A stretch of 64,000 nucleotides of DNA, taken from an uncultured Litorivicinus sp. (GTDB taxonomy: Bacteria > Pseudomonadota > Gammaproteobacteria > Pseudomonadales > Litorivicinaceae). The notes under the pieces were generated by a model, which was given only the letters and a program-made list of their open reading frames with translations, ran no database searches and was not told where the DNA came from. Where the stretch lies: positions 15,677 to 79,676 of the forward strand of contig CACBSE010000002.1 in NCBI GenBank assembly GCA_902541775.1, written 5' to 3'. Numbering within the stretch: position 1 is the stretch's first letter; every line of letters begins with the position of its first letter. The position numbers and the translations under genes were made by a program. Positions 21,232 through 34,156 of this stretch are shown one piece after another.

Positions 21232-21861
21232 TTACTTTTGACGTGACTTTTCAATCAACTCGTCGAGTAATTGAAATAACCGAGATTCGCCGCCGGCCTG
21301 TGACACCCCTGTAACAAATTGCCCATTTACAACGAGTGCGGGAACGCCCTGGATCCCATAAGCACGGACCCGTGCATCAGCGAGGCGCAACGCACTTTCT
21401 GTTGCAAATCCAGCAAGTTCGCGTTTCACGACCGCAGGATCCGCCCCATATCGCTCGAAAAATGCAATGACATCATCCACCCGCTGTAAGCGACGCCCCT
21501 CACGATGAATCGTGTCAAATAGTGGCCCGTGGATCGCGTCCAGAATTCCCAAATTGGTTGCCACCCAGAACATCCTCGCATGCATTTCCCAAGAACGCCC
21601 AAAAACCACGGGCATTCTCGTAAACAATACATCGCTCGGCAGTTGTTGGGCCCATGCCTTCAAAGCCGGATCCAGCATGTCGCAATGTGGGCATCCATAC
21701 CAAAATAGTTCCAAAACCTCGACTCGAGCGGGGTCTGATGTTACCACTGGCTTAGTGAGGGTCTGGTAGTGAACTCCCTCCTGGAATCTATCAGCAGAAA
21801 AGGCTTGACTCATCGTCAAGCCCAAACCGATGACTATTGTCGAAAGAATACGCTTTAACAT
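21232..21861 (-). CDS. dsbA: Thiol:disulfide interchange protein DsbA
   Basis: Signal peptide, EVLELFWYGCPHC active site, GVP cis-Pro loop. Confidence 0.94.
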   Translation of the reverse strand: MLKRILSTIVIGLGLTMSQAFSADRFQEGVHYQTLTKPVVTSDPARVEVLELFWYGCPHCDMLDPALKAWAQQLPSDVLFTRMPVVFGRSWEMHARMFWVATNLGILDAIHGPLFDTIHREGRRLQRVDDVIAFFERYGADPAVVKRELAGFATESALRLADARVRAYGIQGVPALVVNGQFVTGVSQAGGESRLFQLLDELIEKSRQK

Positions 21862-22487
21862 TACTGAAGGCCTCCGACATAGCTTGCGACCGCTTTAATA
21901 TCTGCATCTGACATATTTTTAGCGACACCATTCATCATGACATGCTGACGTTGGCCGTCACGATATGCTTTTAACTGCGTCTCTGAATATGCCGCCCATT
22001 GACCCTTCAGTGACGGAAAAATCGCTGAAGCCACGCCAACGCCGGTCGGTCCATGACAGGCAGTACAAGCACTGATGCCCTTTGAGGAATCCCCAAACCG
22101 ATACAACTGCTCGCCACGTGTAACCAAGCCTGCTTCGACTGCGCCAGTTGAAATAGTCTGTTGTGAATAATAGGCAGCAAGATCAGCGATATCCTCATCA
22201 GATAATGCCGCAGCCATACCTCCCATGATTGCGTTCTCTCGAGCACCATCGCGATATGCTTTGAGTGTCGACTCCAAATAAGTCGCGTGTTGACCTGATA
22301 ATTTTGGATAATCCGAGATCGCGCTATTACCGTCTGAACCGTGACATCCGGCGCAACTCGCACTCTTTGATTTTCCTTGGTCAGCGTTTCCGACATAAGC
22401 ACCAGTTGCTGACGAATCCGCAGCGACAATAATTGTCGAGGTTAGGGTCAATCCAATAACCGTGATTAAAGACTTCATTCTTTTCAT
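21861..22487 (-). CDS. Diheme cytochrome c4
   Basis: Signal peptide, two CxxCH motifs (CAGCH, CTACH), Met ligand segments. Start at 22487 or 22478. Usual engB-c4-dsbA synteny. Confidence 0.92.
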   Translation of the reverse strand: MKRMKSLITVIGLTLTSTIIVAADSSATGAYVGNADQGKSKSASCAGCHGSDGNSAISDYPKLSGQHATYLESTLKAYRDGARENAIMGGMAAALSDEDIADLAAYYSQQTISTGAVEAGLVTRGEQLYRFGDSSKGISACTACHGPTGVGVASAIFPSLKGQWAAYSETQLKAYRDGQRQHVMMNGVAKNMSDADIKAVASYVGGLQ

Positions 22488-22570
22488 CTCTTTGTTGGGA
22501 AAGCGATAGGTTTTTCGATGGCGTATTATACATGGCACTTGAAATTTATGCAGTGGAGGATTCAATTACC

Positions 22571-23179
22571 GTGCGCGATACACAGCTCGACCCAATACTG
22601 GCTCAGACCAAGTTCCTCACTAGCGCACCGACACTGCATCAGTGTCCCCCTGAATGCGGACCCGAAATAGGCTTTTGTGGACGTTCAAATGCAGGTAAAT
22701 CCAGTGCACTGAACACATTAACAGGACAAAAAAGTCTGGCCAGAGTGTCCAAAACACCAGGACGCACACAGCTCATCAATTTCTTCGAGGTTTCCCACAC
22801 GGGTGGTTTTTTAGTCGATTTGCCAGGCTATGGATTTGCCAAAGTTCCAGAAGCAATGAAAAAACAATGGCAACAACATCTTGGCGAATTTCTTGCAGAA
22901 CGCCGAACACTCACTGGGCTTGTGCTACTGATGGACGTCCGACATCCGATGACAACACTCGACAAACAGATGTTGTCCTTTGCCGACAATCGGAACATGC
23001 ATACGCTCCTACTTTTGACCAAAAGCGATAAACTGAGCCGTAATCAAGCATCTAAAGCTCGGTTGACAGTGCAAAAACAACGCCCGCAATCACTGGTGCT
23101 AAACTTTTCCAGTCTCGACAAGATAGGAATCACCGAGGCATCTGCTTGGATTACTCATCATTTGGATAGGGGCGGATAA
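22571..23179 (+). CDS. engB: Ribosome biogenesis GTPase YihA/EngB
   Basis: GRSNAGKSS, SKTPGRTQ, DLPGYG, TKSDK. GTG start after GGAGGA. Confidence 0.95.
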   Translation: MRDTQLDPILAQTKFLTSAPTLHQCPPECGPEIGFCGRSNAGKSSALNTLTGQKSLARVSKTPGRTQLINFFEVSHTGGFLVDLPGYGFAKVPEAMKKQWQQHLGEFLAERRTLTGLVLLMDVRHPMTTLDKQMLSFADNRNMHTLLLLTKSDKLSRNQASKARLTVQKQRPQSLVLNFSSLDKIGITEASAWITHHLDRGG

Positions 23180-23180
23180 T

Positions 23181-23210
23181 AAAAAACCCCGGTAGCTCAC
23201 ACCGGGGTTT
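23181..23210 (-). terminator. Rho-independent terminator, strongest on the minus strand and possibly bidirectional
   Basis: Minus strand reads AAACCCCGGT-gtgagct-ACCGGGG followed by a 6-T run. Confidence 0.85.
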
Positions 23211-23264
23211 CAACGTCCGACAGGGGTCTCGTCGGGACAACGATTGAGGGAAACTCATTGCCTA
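23181..23264 (-). ncRNA. Putative sigmaE-dependent sRNA at the Spot42/ErsA locus (polA-engB)
   Basis: ORF-free unit with a GAACTT-N16-TCTTA promoter, two hairpins with pyrimidine-rich loops, and a U-tailed terminator. Confidence 0.7.
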
Positions 23265-23269
23265 TTACT

Positions 23270-23296
23270 TAAGACAACACGGATCTGAAAAAGTTC
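23270..23296 (-). promoter_or_regulatory. RpoE/AlgU (sigmaE)-type promoter
   Basis: Minus strand: GAACTT (23296-23291), a 16-nt spacer, then TCTTA (23274-23270). Confidence 0.75.
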
Positions 23297-23314
23297 AAAG
23301 ATCATCAAAAAAAT

Positions 23315-26005
23315 TTAATGCGCCTCAAACCAACTTTCGCCACTCCCAATCTCGACGATTAAAGGAACCGCGAGCTCGGCCGCCGCCTCCATCTCTGTTC
23401 GGATAATCTGTCGAGCGCCATCTAAATCCTGATCACGAACCTCAAACACTAGTTCATCGTGCACTTGCAGTAACAAGTTACAGCCTAAATTTGTAGTCGC
23501 TAGCGCCTTTTGAACCCGTAACATCGCACGTTTAATAATATCCGCCGCTGTCCCTTGCATCGGAGCATTAATCGCCGCCCGCTCAGCAGCCTGACGAATA
23601 GGCACTTGGCGTGCGTGAATATCAGGAAGCGTAAGCCGCCGGCCAAACACCGTCTCGACGTAACCTTTTTCATGAGCCATTGCGCGCGTCGAATCCATGT
23701 AATATCTCACTCCAGGATATCGCTCAAAATATCGATCAATATATGCGGCAGCCTCTGCACGCTCAATTCCAAGTTGGCGAGCAAGGCCGAACGCGCTCAT
23801 CCCGTAGATGAGTCCAAAATTAATGGCTTTTGCACGGCGGCGCTGCTCATCTGTCACGAACACCGGCTCGAGATCGAATACCTCAGCAGCGGTGGCTCGA
23901 TGGATGTCATCTCCGCACGCAAAGGCGTCGACCAAACTCTGATCACCAGACAGGTGCGCCATTATCCGTAATTCAATCTGTGAATAATCAGCAGCCATCA
24001 CTGCCCACCCATCCGGAGCAATAAACGCCTTTCGGATTCGTCGTCCCTCTTCGGTTCGAATGGGGATGTTTTGCAAATTCGGCTCTGATGATGACAATCG
24101 CCCAGTCGATGTCACAGCCTGGTGGAATGAAGTATGAACACGTCCATCTTCCGGATCACAATCATCCGGCAATTTATCAGTGTATGTTCCTTTCAGTTTT
24201 GACAGACTCCGGTGCTCAATCAGTAGCTTTGGCAACGGATAGTCAAGCGCCAATTCTTGCAAAACCTCTTCATTCGTCGAAGGCGCACCTTTGGGTGTTT
24301 TTTTCAATACAGGCAGCTTTAACTCATCAAACAAAATTTCTCGTAACTGCTTGGGACTCGCCAAATTAAATCGACGCCCGGCCAATGTCTGAGCTTCTGA
24401 CTCCAGTTCCTCCAATCTTGTACCGAGTGACTTCGATTGCGATCTTAATATCGTGCTATCGAGTAATGCTCCATGATTTTCCATCTCACGAAGCACATGC
24501 ATCACTGGTAATTCCAAATCTTGATAAATCGATTGTAACGATGGCTCAACGGCCAATCGCCGTGTAAATTGGTAAAATAGTCGCAATGTGATGTCAGCAT
24601 CTTCGGCTGCGTACTCAGCCGCCTGCTCAAGCGGCACAGCTGCAAATCCAATTTGTTTGACGCCTTTGCCACAAACGTCCTCGTAAGAAATCGTATCAAC
24701 ACCCAATATCCGTTTCGCTAACGAATCCATGTCGTGGCGACCACCGGCGGCATCTAACACGTAGCTCATCAACATAGTGTCAGCAAGAGCACATCGTGGG
24801 ATCAAACCAACTGTCTCCAGTACCGTTAGGTCATATTTAAGGTTATGACCGACCATCGTCAGAGTCGGGTCTGCTAGCAGATTTGACATGTGGTTCAGAA
24901 CCACAGTGATATCGAGCTGCTCTCCGCTCAGGTGTGCAACCGGGACATAACAAGCCTTGCCATCTGCAGGCGCCAGTGAAATTCCGACAAGCTCTGCATG
25001 CCTCGAAACAAGCGAAGTTGTTTCAGTATCAAGCGCAAATACTTGTGCTTTACGGCACTGTGACAGCCAAAACTGAAAGCGATCAAGAGTGGTTACAAGC
25101 TCGTAGTCCGATTCAACCGCGGCCAGAATCTCAACAGATGTCTGATTTGATACTGACGCATTTGAGAGTTGTTTTAAAAATTGATTGAGCTCGAGCTCGG
25201 TATACAACGCGGTGAGACGCTCAAGATCTGGATCCGAACGGGATAATTCCTCAAGCCCGACTGGTAATTCACAATCAGTCTTAATCGTGACCAAGGCCTT
25301 GGATAGTGGCAAGACGTGCATGTGGTACCGAAATGTCTCACCAATTTTGCCTCCAATGTCATTCGCGCTGGCAACAACCCCATCGAGAGTTCCGTAGGCA
25401 TTCAACCATTTCGCTGCCGTCTTCGGGCCACACTTCGGAATCCCTGGTACGTTGTCAACGCTATCGCCTGTCAGAGCGAGAAAATCGATGATGCGTTCTG
25501 GTGGAACACCAAACTTTTCCAAAACACCAGCAGGAGTCAGAGTGGTGTCACTCATCGTATTCACGAGCGTTACCTTATCGGTCACGAGTTGTGCTAAATC
25601 TTTGTCGCCAGTTGAAATGAGAACAGACTCTCCAACCGCCTCAGCCATCTTCGCAAGCGTCCCAATCACATCGTCAGCCTCGACACCCGGCACTGCAAGT
25701 AATGGAAATCCTTGCGCTTTGACAATCGCATGTAGCGGTTCTATCTGCTCACGAAGCTCATTGGGCATTTCTTCTCGATTCGCTTTGTATTCAGCGTACA
25801 TATCGTCACGAAATGTCTTTCCTGACGCATCAAACACAACGACCATCCGCTCAGCACCAGTGGAATCTGCAAGCTTATTAAGCATCGAGATCACGCCACG
25901 TATTGCACCGACAGGCTTGCCGGTGCTAGTTGTCAGTGGTGGCAATGCATGGAAGGCACGGTATAGGTAAGAAGACCCATCGACTAAAACCAAAGGTGCA
26001 GGCAT
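23315..26005 (-). CDS. polA: DNA polymerase I
   Basis: 5'-3' exo (LVDGSSYLYRAFHA), 3'-5' exo (ALDTETT, YAAEDADIT), polymerase (ADYSQIELR, KAINFGLIYG, QVHDEL). Confidence 0.98.
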   Translation of the reverse strand: MPAPLVLVDGSSYLYRAFHALPPLTTSTGKPVGAIRGVISMLNKLADSTGAERMVVVFDASGKTFRDDMYAEYKANREEMPNELREQIEPLHAIVKAQGFPLLAVPGVEADDVIGTLAKMAEAVGESVLISTGDKDLAQLVTDKVTLVNTMSDTTLTPAGVLEKFGVPPERIIDFLALTGDSVDNVPGIPKCGPKTAAKWLNAYGTLDGVVASANDIGGKIGETFRYHMHVLPLSKALVTIKTDCELPVGLEELSRSDPDLERLTALYTELELNQFLKQLSNASVSNQTSVEILAAVESDYELVTTLDRFQFWLSQCRKAQVFALDTETTSLVSRHAELVGISLAPADGKACYVPVAHLSGEQLDITVVLNHMSNLLADPTLTMVGHNLKYDLTVLETVGLIPRCALADTMLMSYVLDAAGGRHDMDSLAKRILGVDTISYEDVCGKGVKQIGFAAVPLEQAAEYAAEDADITLRLFYQFTRRLAVEPSLQSIYQDLELPVMHVLREMENHGALLDSTILRSQSKSLGTRLEELESEAQTLAGRRFNLASPKQLREILFDELKLPVLKKTPKGAPSTNEEVLQELALDYPLPKLLIEHRSLSKLKGTYTDKLPDDCDPEDGRVHTSFHQAVTSTGRLSSSEPNLQNIPIRTEEGRRIRKAFIAPDGWAVMAADYSQIELRIMAHLSGDQSLVDAFACGDDIHRATAAEVFDLEPVFVTDEQRRRAKAINFGLIYGMSAFGLARQLGIERAEAAAYIDRYFERYPGVRYYMDSTRAMAHEKGYVETVFGRRLTLPDIHARQVPIRQAAERAAINAPMQGTAADIIKRAMLRVQKALATTNLGCNLLLQVHDELVFEVRDQDLDGARQIIRTEMEAAAELAVPLIVEIGSGESWFEAH

Positions 26006-26073
26006 TAAAGCTCCTGAGAGTGTTGCTTTTGTATCTCTCGATGCATAATACCGCGCTCGGACAGGATGCGGCG

Positions 26074-27039
26074 ATGAGTGTTTACACAGAATTAAACCTG
26101 CAGGATATGTTGGATTTCACCAAACAGTTTGATTTTGGTAATTTAAAAAGCTTTCAGGGAGTAGAAGCAGGTGTTGAAAACACCACTTATTTGGTCTCAT
26201 TTGATCAAGCTGAAACAGTTCTTCAAATATTCGAAGAACAGGGATTTGATGAAATCCCTTTTTTTATTGAGCTCAATCGTCGTCTCTCGGAAGATCATGT
26301 CCCAGTCGCAACACCGCTTGCCAATCGGTTTGGCGACCGACTCTTTACAATCAAAGGAAAACCGGCTGCTTTATTCCAGCGTATTCAAGGATCAACAATT
26401 TCCCCGATCTCCGTCGAGGCATGCGGACAAATAGGTGAAGCGCTCGGAAAGATGCATGCCGCAACGCAACGATATATAGATTTAAAACGTGAGAACCATC
26501 GTTGGAACCAATGGTGGGAAGGTAATGTGAAGCGAGTCATTGACTTGGTACCTGAAGAACACAGAACCATGCTCAAACAACAAATTATTCGCTCGAGAGA
26601 ATTTGTCGATGCCTCAGCATCGCTTCCTCACGGAATCATCCATGGCGACCTATTTTGCGACAATGCACTATTTCACGAGGGGCAACTAGCCGGTATCATA
26701 GACTTCTACAATGCGTGTGATGGATGCCTACTGTTCGACTTGGCAATTACTATCAACGATTGGTGTTCCACCCCGACAGGGCGTCTCGATGCAGACAAAA
26801 CCGCAGCACTCTTCAGCCGATATCATGCATTACGTCCACTAACAGCCGAAGAAATTCCCCACTGGCCACGAGCCGCGGAGACAGCCGCATTTCGGTTCTG
26901 GATGCTTCGTCTGGTGGCACTCGCTCGAAAACGTGAAGGCGGTCCAAAGGCACCTCCTCACGTGAAAGATCCCAACGATTTCTTAGTTATCTTGGTCGCT
27001 CGACACGCAGACCCTCAATGCGATCTCATATCAGCCTAG
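26074..27039 (+). CDS. thrB: Homoserine kinase type II (Pseudomonas-type)
   Basis: MSVYTEL, GVENTTY, HGDLFCDN, IIDFY, DLAITINDW, RFWMLRL, KDP. Start ATG 26074. Confidence 0.88.
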   Translation: MSVYTELNLQDMLDFTKQFDFGNLKSFQGVEAGVENTTYLVSFDQAETVLQIFEEQGFDEIPFFIELNRRLSEDHVPVATPLANRFGDRLFTIKGKPAALFQRIQGSTISPISVEACGQIGEALGKMHAATQRYIDLKRENHRWNQWWEGNVKRVIDLVPEEHRTMLKQQIIRSREFVDASASLPHGIIHGDLFCDNALFHEGQLAGIIDFYNACDGCLLFDLAITINDWCSTPTGRLDADKTAALFSRYHALRPLTAEEIPHWPRAAETAAFRFWMLRLVALARKREGGPKAPPHVKDPNDFLVILVARHADPQCDLISA

Positions 27040-28361
27040 GGCCTGTTGATCGGTTGTGGCATCTCGCCTGGCCTCTTATCATCGCCAATATTGCCACACC
27101 ACTTTTGGGACTCGCAGATGCCGCGATTGCAGGGCATCTTGATCAGGCTTATTACCTGGCAGCCGTCACGGTTGGTGCCGAATTACTTGTTATCTTCTTT
27201 GGCACATTCTCGTTTCTACGCATGGGAACAACTGGGCTTGTTGCACAGGCTGTCGGATCAGACGATCAGGCCCACTCTTTCCGAATCGTCGCAAATGCCG
27301 TTTTACTGGCTTTGGGAATCGGCTCCCTGCTTCTACTTGCAGGGGCACAAGCGATCGATCCTCTGTTGCAGTTCGCAAAGCCTACTGCAGAAATTACTAA
27401 TCCTCTTCATGAATATTTGGTGGTCCGGCTATGGGGGGCACCAGCAAACTTAACGCTCATCACCTTGACGGGCTGGTTTATTGGCCAAGGGCTCACCAGA
27501 GTCGCTCTCTACCTCTCTGTTGGCATCAACATCCTGAATATTCTGTGTAACTATCTGCTTGCAATCGAGCTGCAATTGAATAGTTACGGAATTGCTCTTG
27601 GCACAGTCATCTCTGAATACGCAGGGGCAGTTATCGCCAGCTGTGTGCTTTGGAAAAGATTTGCTCTCAGCGGGATTGTCATTTGTTCGATTCAGGCATC
27701 TAGCCTTTGGTTACAGCTCGTCAAAATCAATACCCCCTTGATGCTTCGTACCATTTTGCTACACAGTGTTTTTGTGACTTTGTCTGTATTCGCGGCCCGA
27801 CTCGGAGTCCAGGAGGCCGCTGCAATTGGTTTAATCTTGGTACTTCTTGCAACAGCTGCGTACGCTCTGGATGGGTTTGCCTATGCATCCGAGATCGAGG
27901 CGGGCCAAGCTCTTGGGGAACGGCATTTTATAAGGTTCACAGAAAGCCTATGGGCTGGAGCCATTCTTTCCGCCGTCTCGACAACCATCATCGTTCTCAT
28001 TGCAAATTTATTCCACGGCCAACTCTTTCAAACACTGACAGATTTTCAGGATGTGGTGACAAAAGCCAATGCACTGATGACCTGGTTTACATGGATACTT
28101 TTGGCACTTTGTTGGTCGTATTGGCTCGATGGTGTGTTTATCGGAGTTACTAAAACAGTCGACATGTGCCTTGCTATGTGCGTCGCAACAGCTTTCGGAT
28201 GGTATGGGGGTCTCTGGTTGATGGGAACAAATTCACTGGATCAGTTAATGGCTGCCTTTCTCATTTTCTCGGCCATCCGGACCATTACTTTGGCTGCCCG
28301 CCTTCCAGCTGTCGTTTTCGAGCTCAAGCGTCTTTCGATCCAGACGCATCCAAAATCCTAA
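27018..28361 (+). CDS. dinF: MATE family efflux transporter (DinF-like)
   Basis: LAWPLIIANIATPLLGLAD, FLRMGTTG, YALDGFA, LDGVFIG; many TM segments. Confidence 0.85.
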   Translation: MRSHISLGPVDRLWHLAWPLIIANIATPLLGLADAAIAGHLDQAYYLAAVTVGAELLVIFFGTFSFLRMGTTGLVAQAVGSDDQAHSFRIVANAVLLALGIGSLLLLAGAQAIDPLLQFAKPTAEITNPLHEYLVVRLWGAPANLTLITLTGWFIGQGLTRVALYLSVGINILNILCNYLLAIELQLNSYGIALGTVISEYAGAVIASCVLWKRFALSGIVICSIQASSLWLQLVKINTPLMLRTILLHSVFVTLSVFAARLGVQEAAAIGLILVLLATAAYALDGFAYASEIEAGQALGERHFIRFTESLWAGAILSAVSTTIIVLIANLFHGQLFQTLTDFQDVVTKANALMTWFTWILLALCWSYWLDGVFIGVTKTVDMCLAMCVATAFGWYGGLWLMGTNSLDQLMAAFLIFSAIRTITLAARLPAVVFELKRLSIQTHPKS

Positions 28362-28578
28362 CAGGTTGGATATCTTCATCGAACACTGGATCTGTATAAT
28401 TGACCCGTGTAACCAACTCCGTTTTTTCAGGGGCCTGAAGTGCAATTACGTCATGATGGCCGCATGAAACGCATTCGCGACGCATCACTTTTTCACTCTC
28501 GTCTTCCCAAGCTCTCACTTTGTCTTGCGCCCCACATTGCTGACAAACAGCTCCAGCGATGAAACGTTTCAGTGCCAT
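28324..28578 (-). CDS. YheV family zinc-ribbon protein
   Basis: KRFIAGAVCxxCxxxD...RECVSCGH. Confidence 0.88.
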   Translation of the reverse strand: MALKRFIAGAVCQQCGAQDKVRAWEDESEKVMRRECVSCGHHDVIALQAPEKTELVTRVNYTDPVFDEDIQPVRILDASGSKDA

Positions 28579-28639
28579 GATTGACTCCTATGCTCTTTGG
28601 GAAATAGTGTGGGACTTTCAGTCCATCACAAGGATCATT

Positions 28640-29176
28640 ATGACCATTCGCGTATACGATAACCAACACCCCAAAATCGATGAATCTGCGTGGGTAGACC
28701 CGTCTGCTGTCGTCGCTGGCAAAGTCTCTTTAGGCCGAGATGTATCCGTTTGGCCTCAAGCGGTTATTCGCGGTGACGTCAACTCCATAACTGTTGGCGC
28801 ACAGACTAATGTTCAGGACGGCGCTGTACTGCACTGCACTCACGATGGACCTTACACCCCGGGTGGAAAATCACTTCAAATTGGGGAGCGAGTAACTATT
28901 GGGCACCAAGCATGTTTACACGGCTGTACGATTGGCAATGAGGTGCTCGTGGGAATTGGAGCGACAGTGCTCGACGGAGCGATTGTCGAAGATCAGGTGA
29001 TGATTGGTGCGGGTAGCTTAGTACCACCCGGGAAAACCCTTGAATCTGGGCACTTATACGTCGGCGCACCTGTCAAAATGGCAAGACCGCTGAAAGACAG
29101 CGAGAAAGAGTTTCTCAAGTATTCAGCGACGCACTACACCAAACTCGCTAACGAACATCGAGAAGTAACGGACTAA
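28640..29176 (+). CDS. Gamma carbonic anhydrase family protein (YrdA)
   Basis: Hexapeptide repeats, RGDVN, NVQDG, His ligands ([15 protein letters not shown]). Start ATG 28640. Confidence 0.9.
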   Translation: MTIRVYDNQHPKIDESAWVDPSAVVAGKVSLGRDVSVWPQAVIRGDVNSITVGAQTNVQDGAVLHCTHDGPYTPGGKSLQIGERVTIGHQACLHGCTIGNEVLVGIGATVLDGAIVEDQVMIGAGSLVPPGKTLESGHLYVGAPVKMARPLKDSEKEFLKYSATHYTKLANEHREVTD

Positions 29177-29667
29177 CTCGACGCCCGTTCAACTCTCTTT
29201 GATTTCTCGATAACTTGAGCGGCTAAGTCAGCCTTATATTGTGCGAGACGATCACGAAGCGAGTGGTCGGCTGTCGCGACGATTTGAGCCGCTAAAAGCC
29301 CGGCGTTGTATGCGCCATTAATCGCAACCGTCGCCACCGGAACACCTTTCGGCATTTGAACAATAGACAGCAAGCTGTCTTCGCCATTCAAACAGGTCGC
29401 TACAACAGGTACGCCAATCACCGGCAACTCAGTCGCAGCAGCTATCATTCCCGGTAGATGGGCAGCACCGCCAGCGCCCGCAATGATCACGTCAAGACCG
29501 CGATCACGTGCCGATTTTGCATAATCCATTAAACGATCCGGGGTGCGATGAGCCGAGACGACCGTCGCCTCGACGCCAACACCTAACGATCTCAGTGCAT
29601 CAAGAGCACCTTCCATCACAGGCCAATCTGAATCTGACCCCATGATGACGCCAACTTTCACCGTCAT
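29173..29667 (-). CDS. purE: N5-carboxyaminoimidazole ribonucleotide mutase
   Basis: [40 protein letters not shown]. Confidence 0.97.
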   Translation of the reverse strand: MTVKVGVIMGSDSDWPVMEGALDALRSLGVGVEATVVSAHRTPDRLMDYAKSARDRGLDVIIAGAGGAAHLPGMIAAATELPVIGVPVVATCLNGEDSLLSIVQMPKGVPVATVAINGAYNAGLLAAQIVATADHSLRDRLAQYKADLAAQVIEKSKRVERASS

Positions 29668-30818
29668 TGCGACGTATCTCCTCGAACAACTAAGCTTCTC
29701 CGAACCAATTCTAATTGTTGAATCAATTCGTCGTGATTGTCACCTATCAAGGTAAAGTGTCCCATCTTTCGACCTGGACGACACTCATCCTTTCCATACA
29801 GATGAATATGCGCATCAGGAAGCCGCGATAAATCCTCCAAACCTTCAATCACTGGTGACCCAATAAAACCTGACTCCCCAACCAAATTAGCAGTCAATGC
29901 AACACCGCGAAGCTCGGTCGCCCCGAGTGGAAGGTTCAAACACGCTCGTAGCTGATTTTCAAACTGACTAGTGACACATGCTTCAATGGTGTGGTGGCCA
30001 GAATTATGAGCACGTGGCGCAACTTCATTGATTAATAAATCGGCATCATCGGTCACAAAAAGTTCAACACCGAAAAGACCATTGGTTCCGAAAGACTCGA
30101 CAGTTTGTTTAGCAAGCTTTTGTGCTTGTTCTCTCAACGCATCGCTCACTCTAGCCGGGGCAACAAGGTAATCGAGCAGGTTTAATGCGGGATCGACAAC
30201 CATTTCGACTGGATCGTAAGCAACCATCTCACCCGACGCTCGACGCGCCACCATGACAGCTAATTCGGTTCTTCCACCAACAAATTTTTCAAGAAAACTT
30301 GCAGTTTTCAGGCGTCTATCCCAGTCACCAGCAGATCGGATCACGTGAACACCACGGCCGTCATAACCGCCCGTATATGCTTTTTGAACACAAGGCAAAC
30401 CGAATGCTTCAACCACAGCAAAGTCGGATTCATGGCCGATATCGATGAATTCAGCTGTCGGAATCCCACTGTCCTGATAATGGCACTTTTGTGCAAACTT
30501 ATTTTGAATTAACCGAATCGTTTCTGGTGCAGGAATCATCTCAACACCTTGATCAGCAAGGGTCATCAAAATATCAGCGCCCACGTTTTCGAGATCAAAA
30601 GTCACAATATCTGACTGTTCACACAATGCTTTCAAGGCATCCCGGTCATGAAGTGCACCCTGAATTTGACTATACGCGACCTGTCCAGCAGGTGAATTAT
30701 GCATTGGATCCAACACTGTCATCTGAACATGATTCGAATTACACGCGGTTGCCAGCATCCGAGCAAGCTGCCCGCCGCCAATAACACCGAGACGCGCCAG
30801 TGGAAGAGATTTGAGCAT
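29664..30818 (-). CDS. purK: N5-carboxyaminoimidazole ribonucleotide synthase
   Basis: [42 protein letters not shown]. Confidence 0.95.
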   Translation of the reverse strand: MLKSLPLARLGVIGGGQLARMLATACNSNHVQMTVLDPMHNSPAGQVAYSQIQGALHDRDALKALCEQSDIVTFDLENVGADILMTLADQGVEMIPAPETIRLIQNKFAQKCHYQDSGIPTAEFIDIGHESDFAVVEAFGLPCVQKAYTGGYDGRGVHVIRSAGDWDRRLKTASFLEKFVGGRTELAVMVARRASGEMVAYDPVEMVVDPALNLLDYLVAPARVSDALREQAQKLAKQTVESFGTNGLFGVELFVTDDADLLINEVAPRAHNSGHHTIEACVTSQFENQLRACLNLPLGATELRGVALTANLVGESGFIGSPVIEGLEDLSRLPDAHIHLYGKDECRPGRKMGHFTLIGDNHDELIQQLELVRRSLVVRGDTSQ

Positions 30819-30861
30819 GAATATCTCTCAAAAGATCAACATTATATTAAAAGGCCCGCAT

Positions 30862-33119
<2,258 letters not shown>

Positions 33120-33123
<4 letters not shown>

Positions 33124-33600
33124 ATATGATCCAAATCGAATGCTTGTACATCATAAACGTCAAATTCCCTTCGGTCTTCAACAGTCAAAATGCCAAACGC
33201 TGCGGTCATCCTCGTTTGAAACTTCACTGTGACGTCACACCCATCTCGCACGCCAAGCACATCACCGGAAACAGTGTAGCCATATCGACATCCCGGCAAC
33301 GTTCTAGATTGACTTTTACCCAAGAAAGGCTGTTTAAACGGAATAGGGCGTTTCAGTTAATTGTGACTGAGCGACGTTAACGCTAAACAGTGAATAGCTG
33401 TCAATGAACTGAGGATATTGTTGGTCGCAATCAATTCCACCGGTTTGCCATCGTCCAATACGTTTACACAAACACAGCGATCAAAGCATTACGATTGATG
33501 TATCACATGGGACATTTCTTTCGCATGAACACCCGACTGCAGGCGGTGCTTTATAAAAAACCACACACAGGAACAGTGCGGGAACCATTCGAGTTCGGTT
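33120..33600 (-). pseudogene. Degraded remnant at the lysM(tsaP)/dprA position
   Basis: About 0.5 kb with only broken short frames in an otherwise packed genome. The last fragment stops in an ATGA overlap with tsaC. Synteny predicts lysM-dprA here. Confidence 0.4.
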
Positions 33601-33643
33601 ACACTCCAGAGCTTTGGACATAATCTGAAACCTTAGAGATACC

Positions 33644-34156
33644 ATGGCATTACGAAAAATTCTGGAATTTCCCGATCCGCGCCTGCGGACTATCGCAAAG
33701 CCAGTCGAAACTGTTGATGACTCGATTCGCAAATTGATCGATGACATGTTTGAAACAATGTATGAGGCGCAAGGAATTGGGCTGGCCGCAACTCAAATTG
33801 ACGTCCATCTGCGAGTTGTTGTGATCGACTTGCAAGATGACAAATACGAACCAATTGTCATGATCAACCCTGAATTCGATACATTGACGAAAGAAGTCGA
33901 TGAGATGCAAGAAGGTTGCCTTTCCGTCCCTGGAATTCATGAGGTGGTCAAACGTCCCGAACATATTCGGTTAAAAGCGCTTGATCGCGAGGGTAACCCA
34001 TACGAACTCGAAACGATCGGACTTTTGGCTGTGTGTATACAACACGAATGTGACCACCTTAACGGGAAGCTGTTTGTTGATCATTTGTCAAATCTCAAAA
34101 GATCCCGAATAAAAGCCAAATTAACGAAGCAAAAGCGAGTTGAGGCAACTCCATAA
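33644..34156 (+). CDS. def: Peptide deformylase
   Basis: [20 protein letters not shown]. Confidence 0.97.
   Translation: MALRKILEFPDPRLRTIAKPVETVDDSIRKLIDDMFETMYEAQGIGLAATQIDVHLRVVVIDLQDDKYEPIVMINPEFDTLTKEVDEMQEGCLSVPGIHEVVKRPEHIRLKALDREGNPYELETIGLLAVCIQHECDHLNGKLFVDHLSNLKRSRIKAKLTKQKRVEATP

Noticed and set aside
25452-25970. 172-aa + strand ORF antisense to the polA 5' end
   Set aside because: Shadow frame of a conserved gene, with a low-information Ser/Thr-rich translation.
25930-26073. Long N-terminal extensions in the ORF track (thrB, hemF, rsmB, cyt c4, HAD, dnaA, yidD) implying large gene overlaps
   Set aside because: Homology and SD positions point to downstream starts, so the overlaps are artefacts of longest-ORF calling.
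26954-26969. CTCCTCACGTGAAAGA parS-like sequence in thrB
   Set aside because: Five mismatches to parS and not palindromic.
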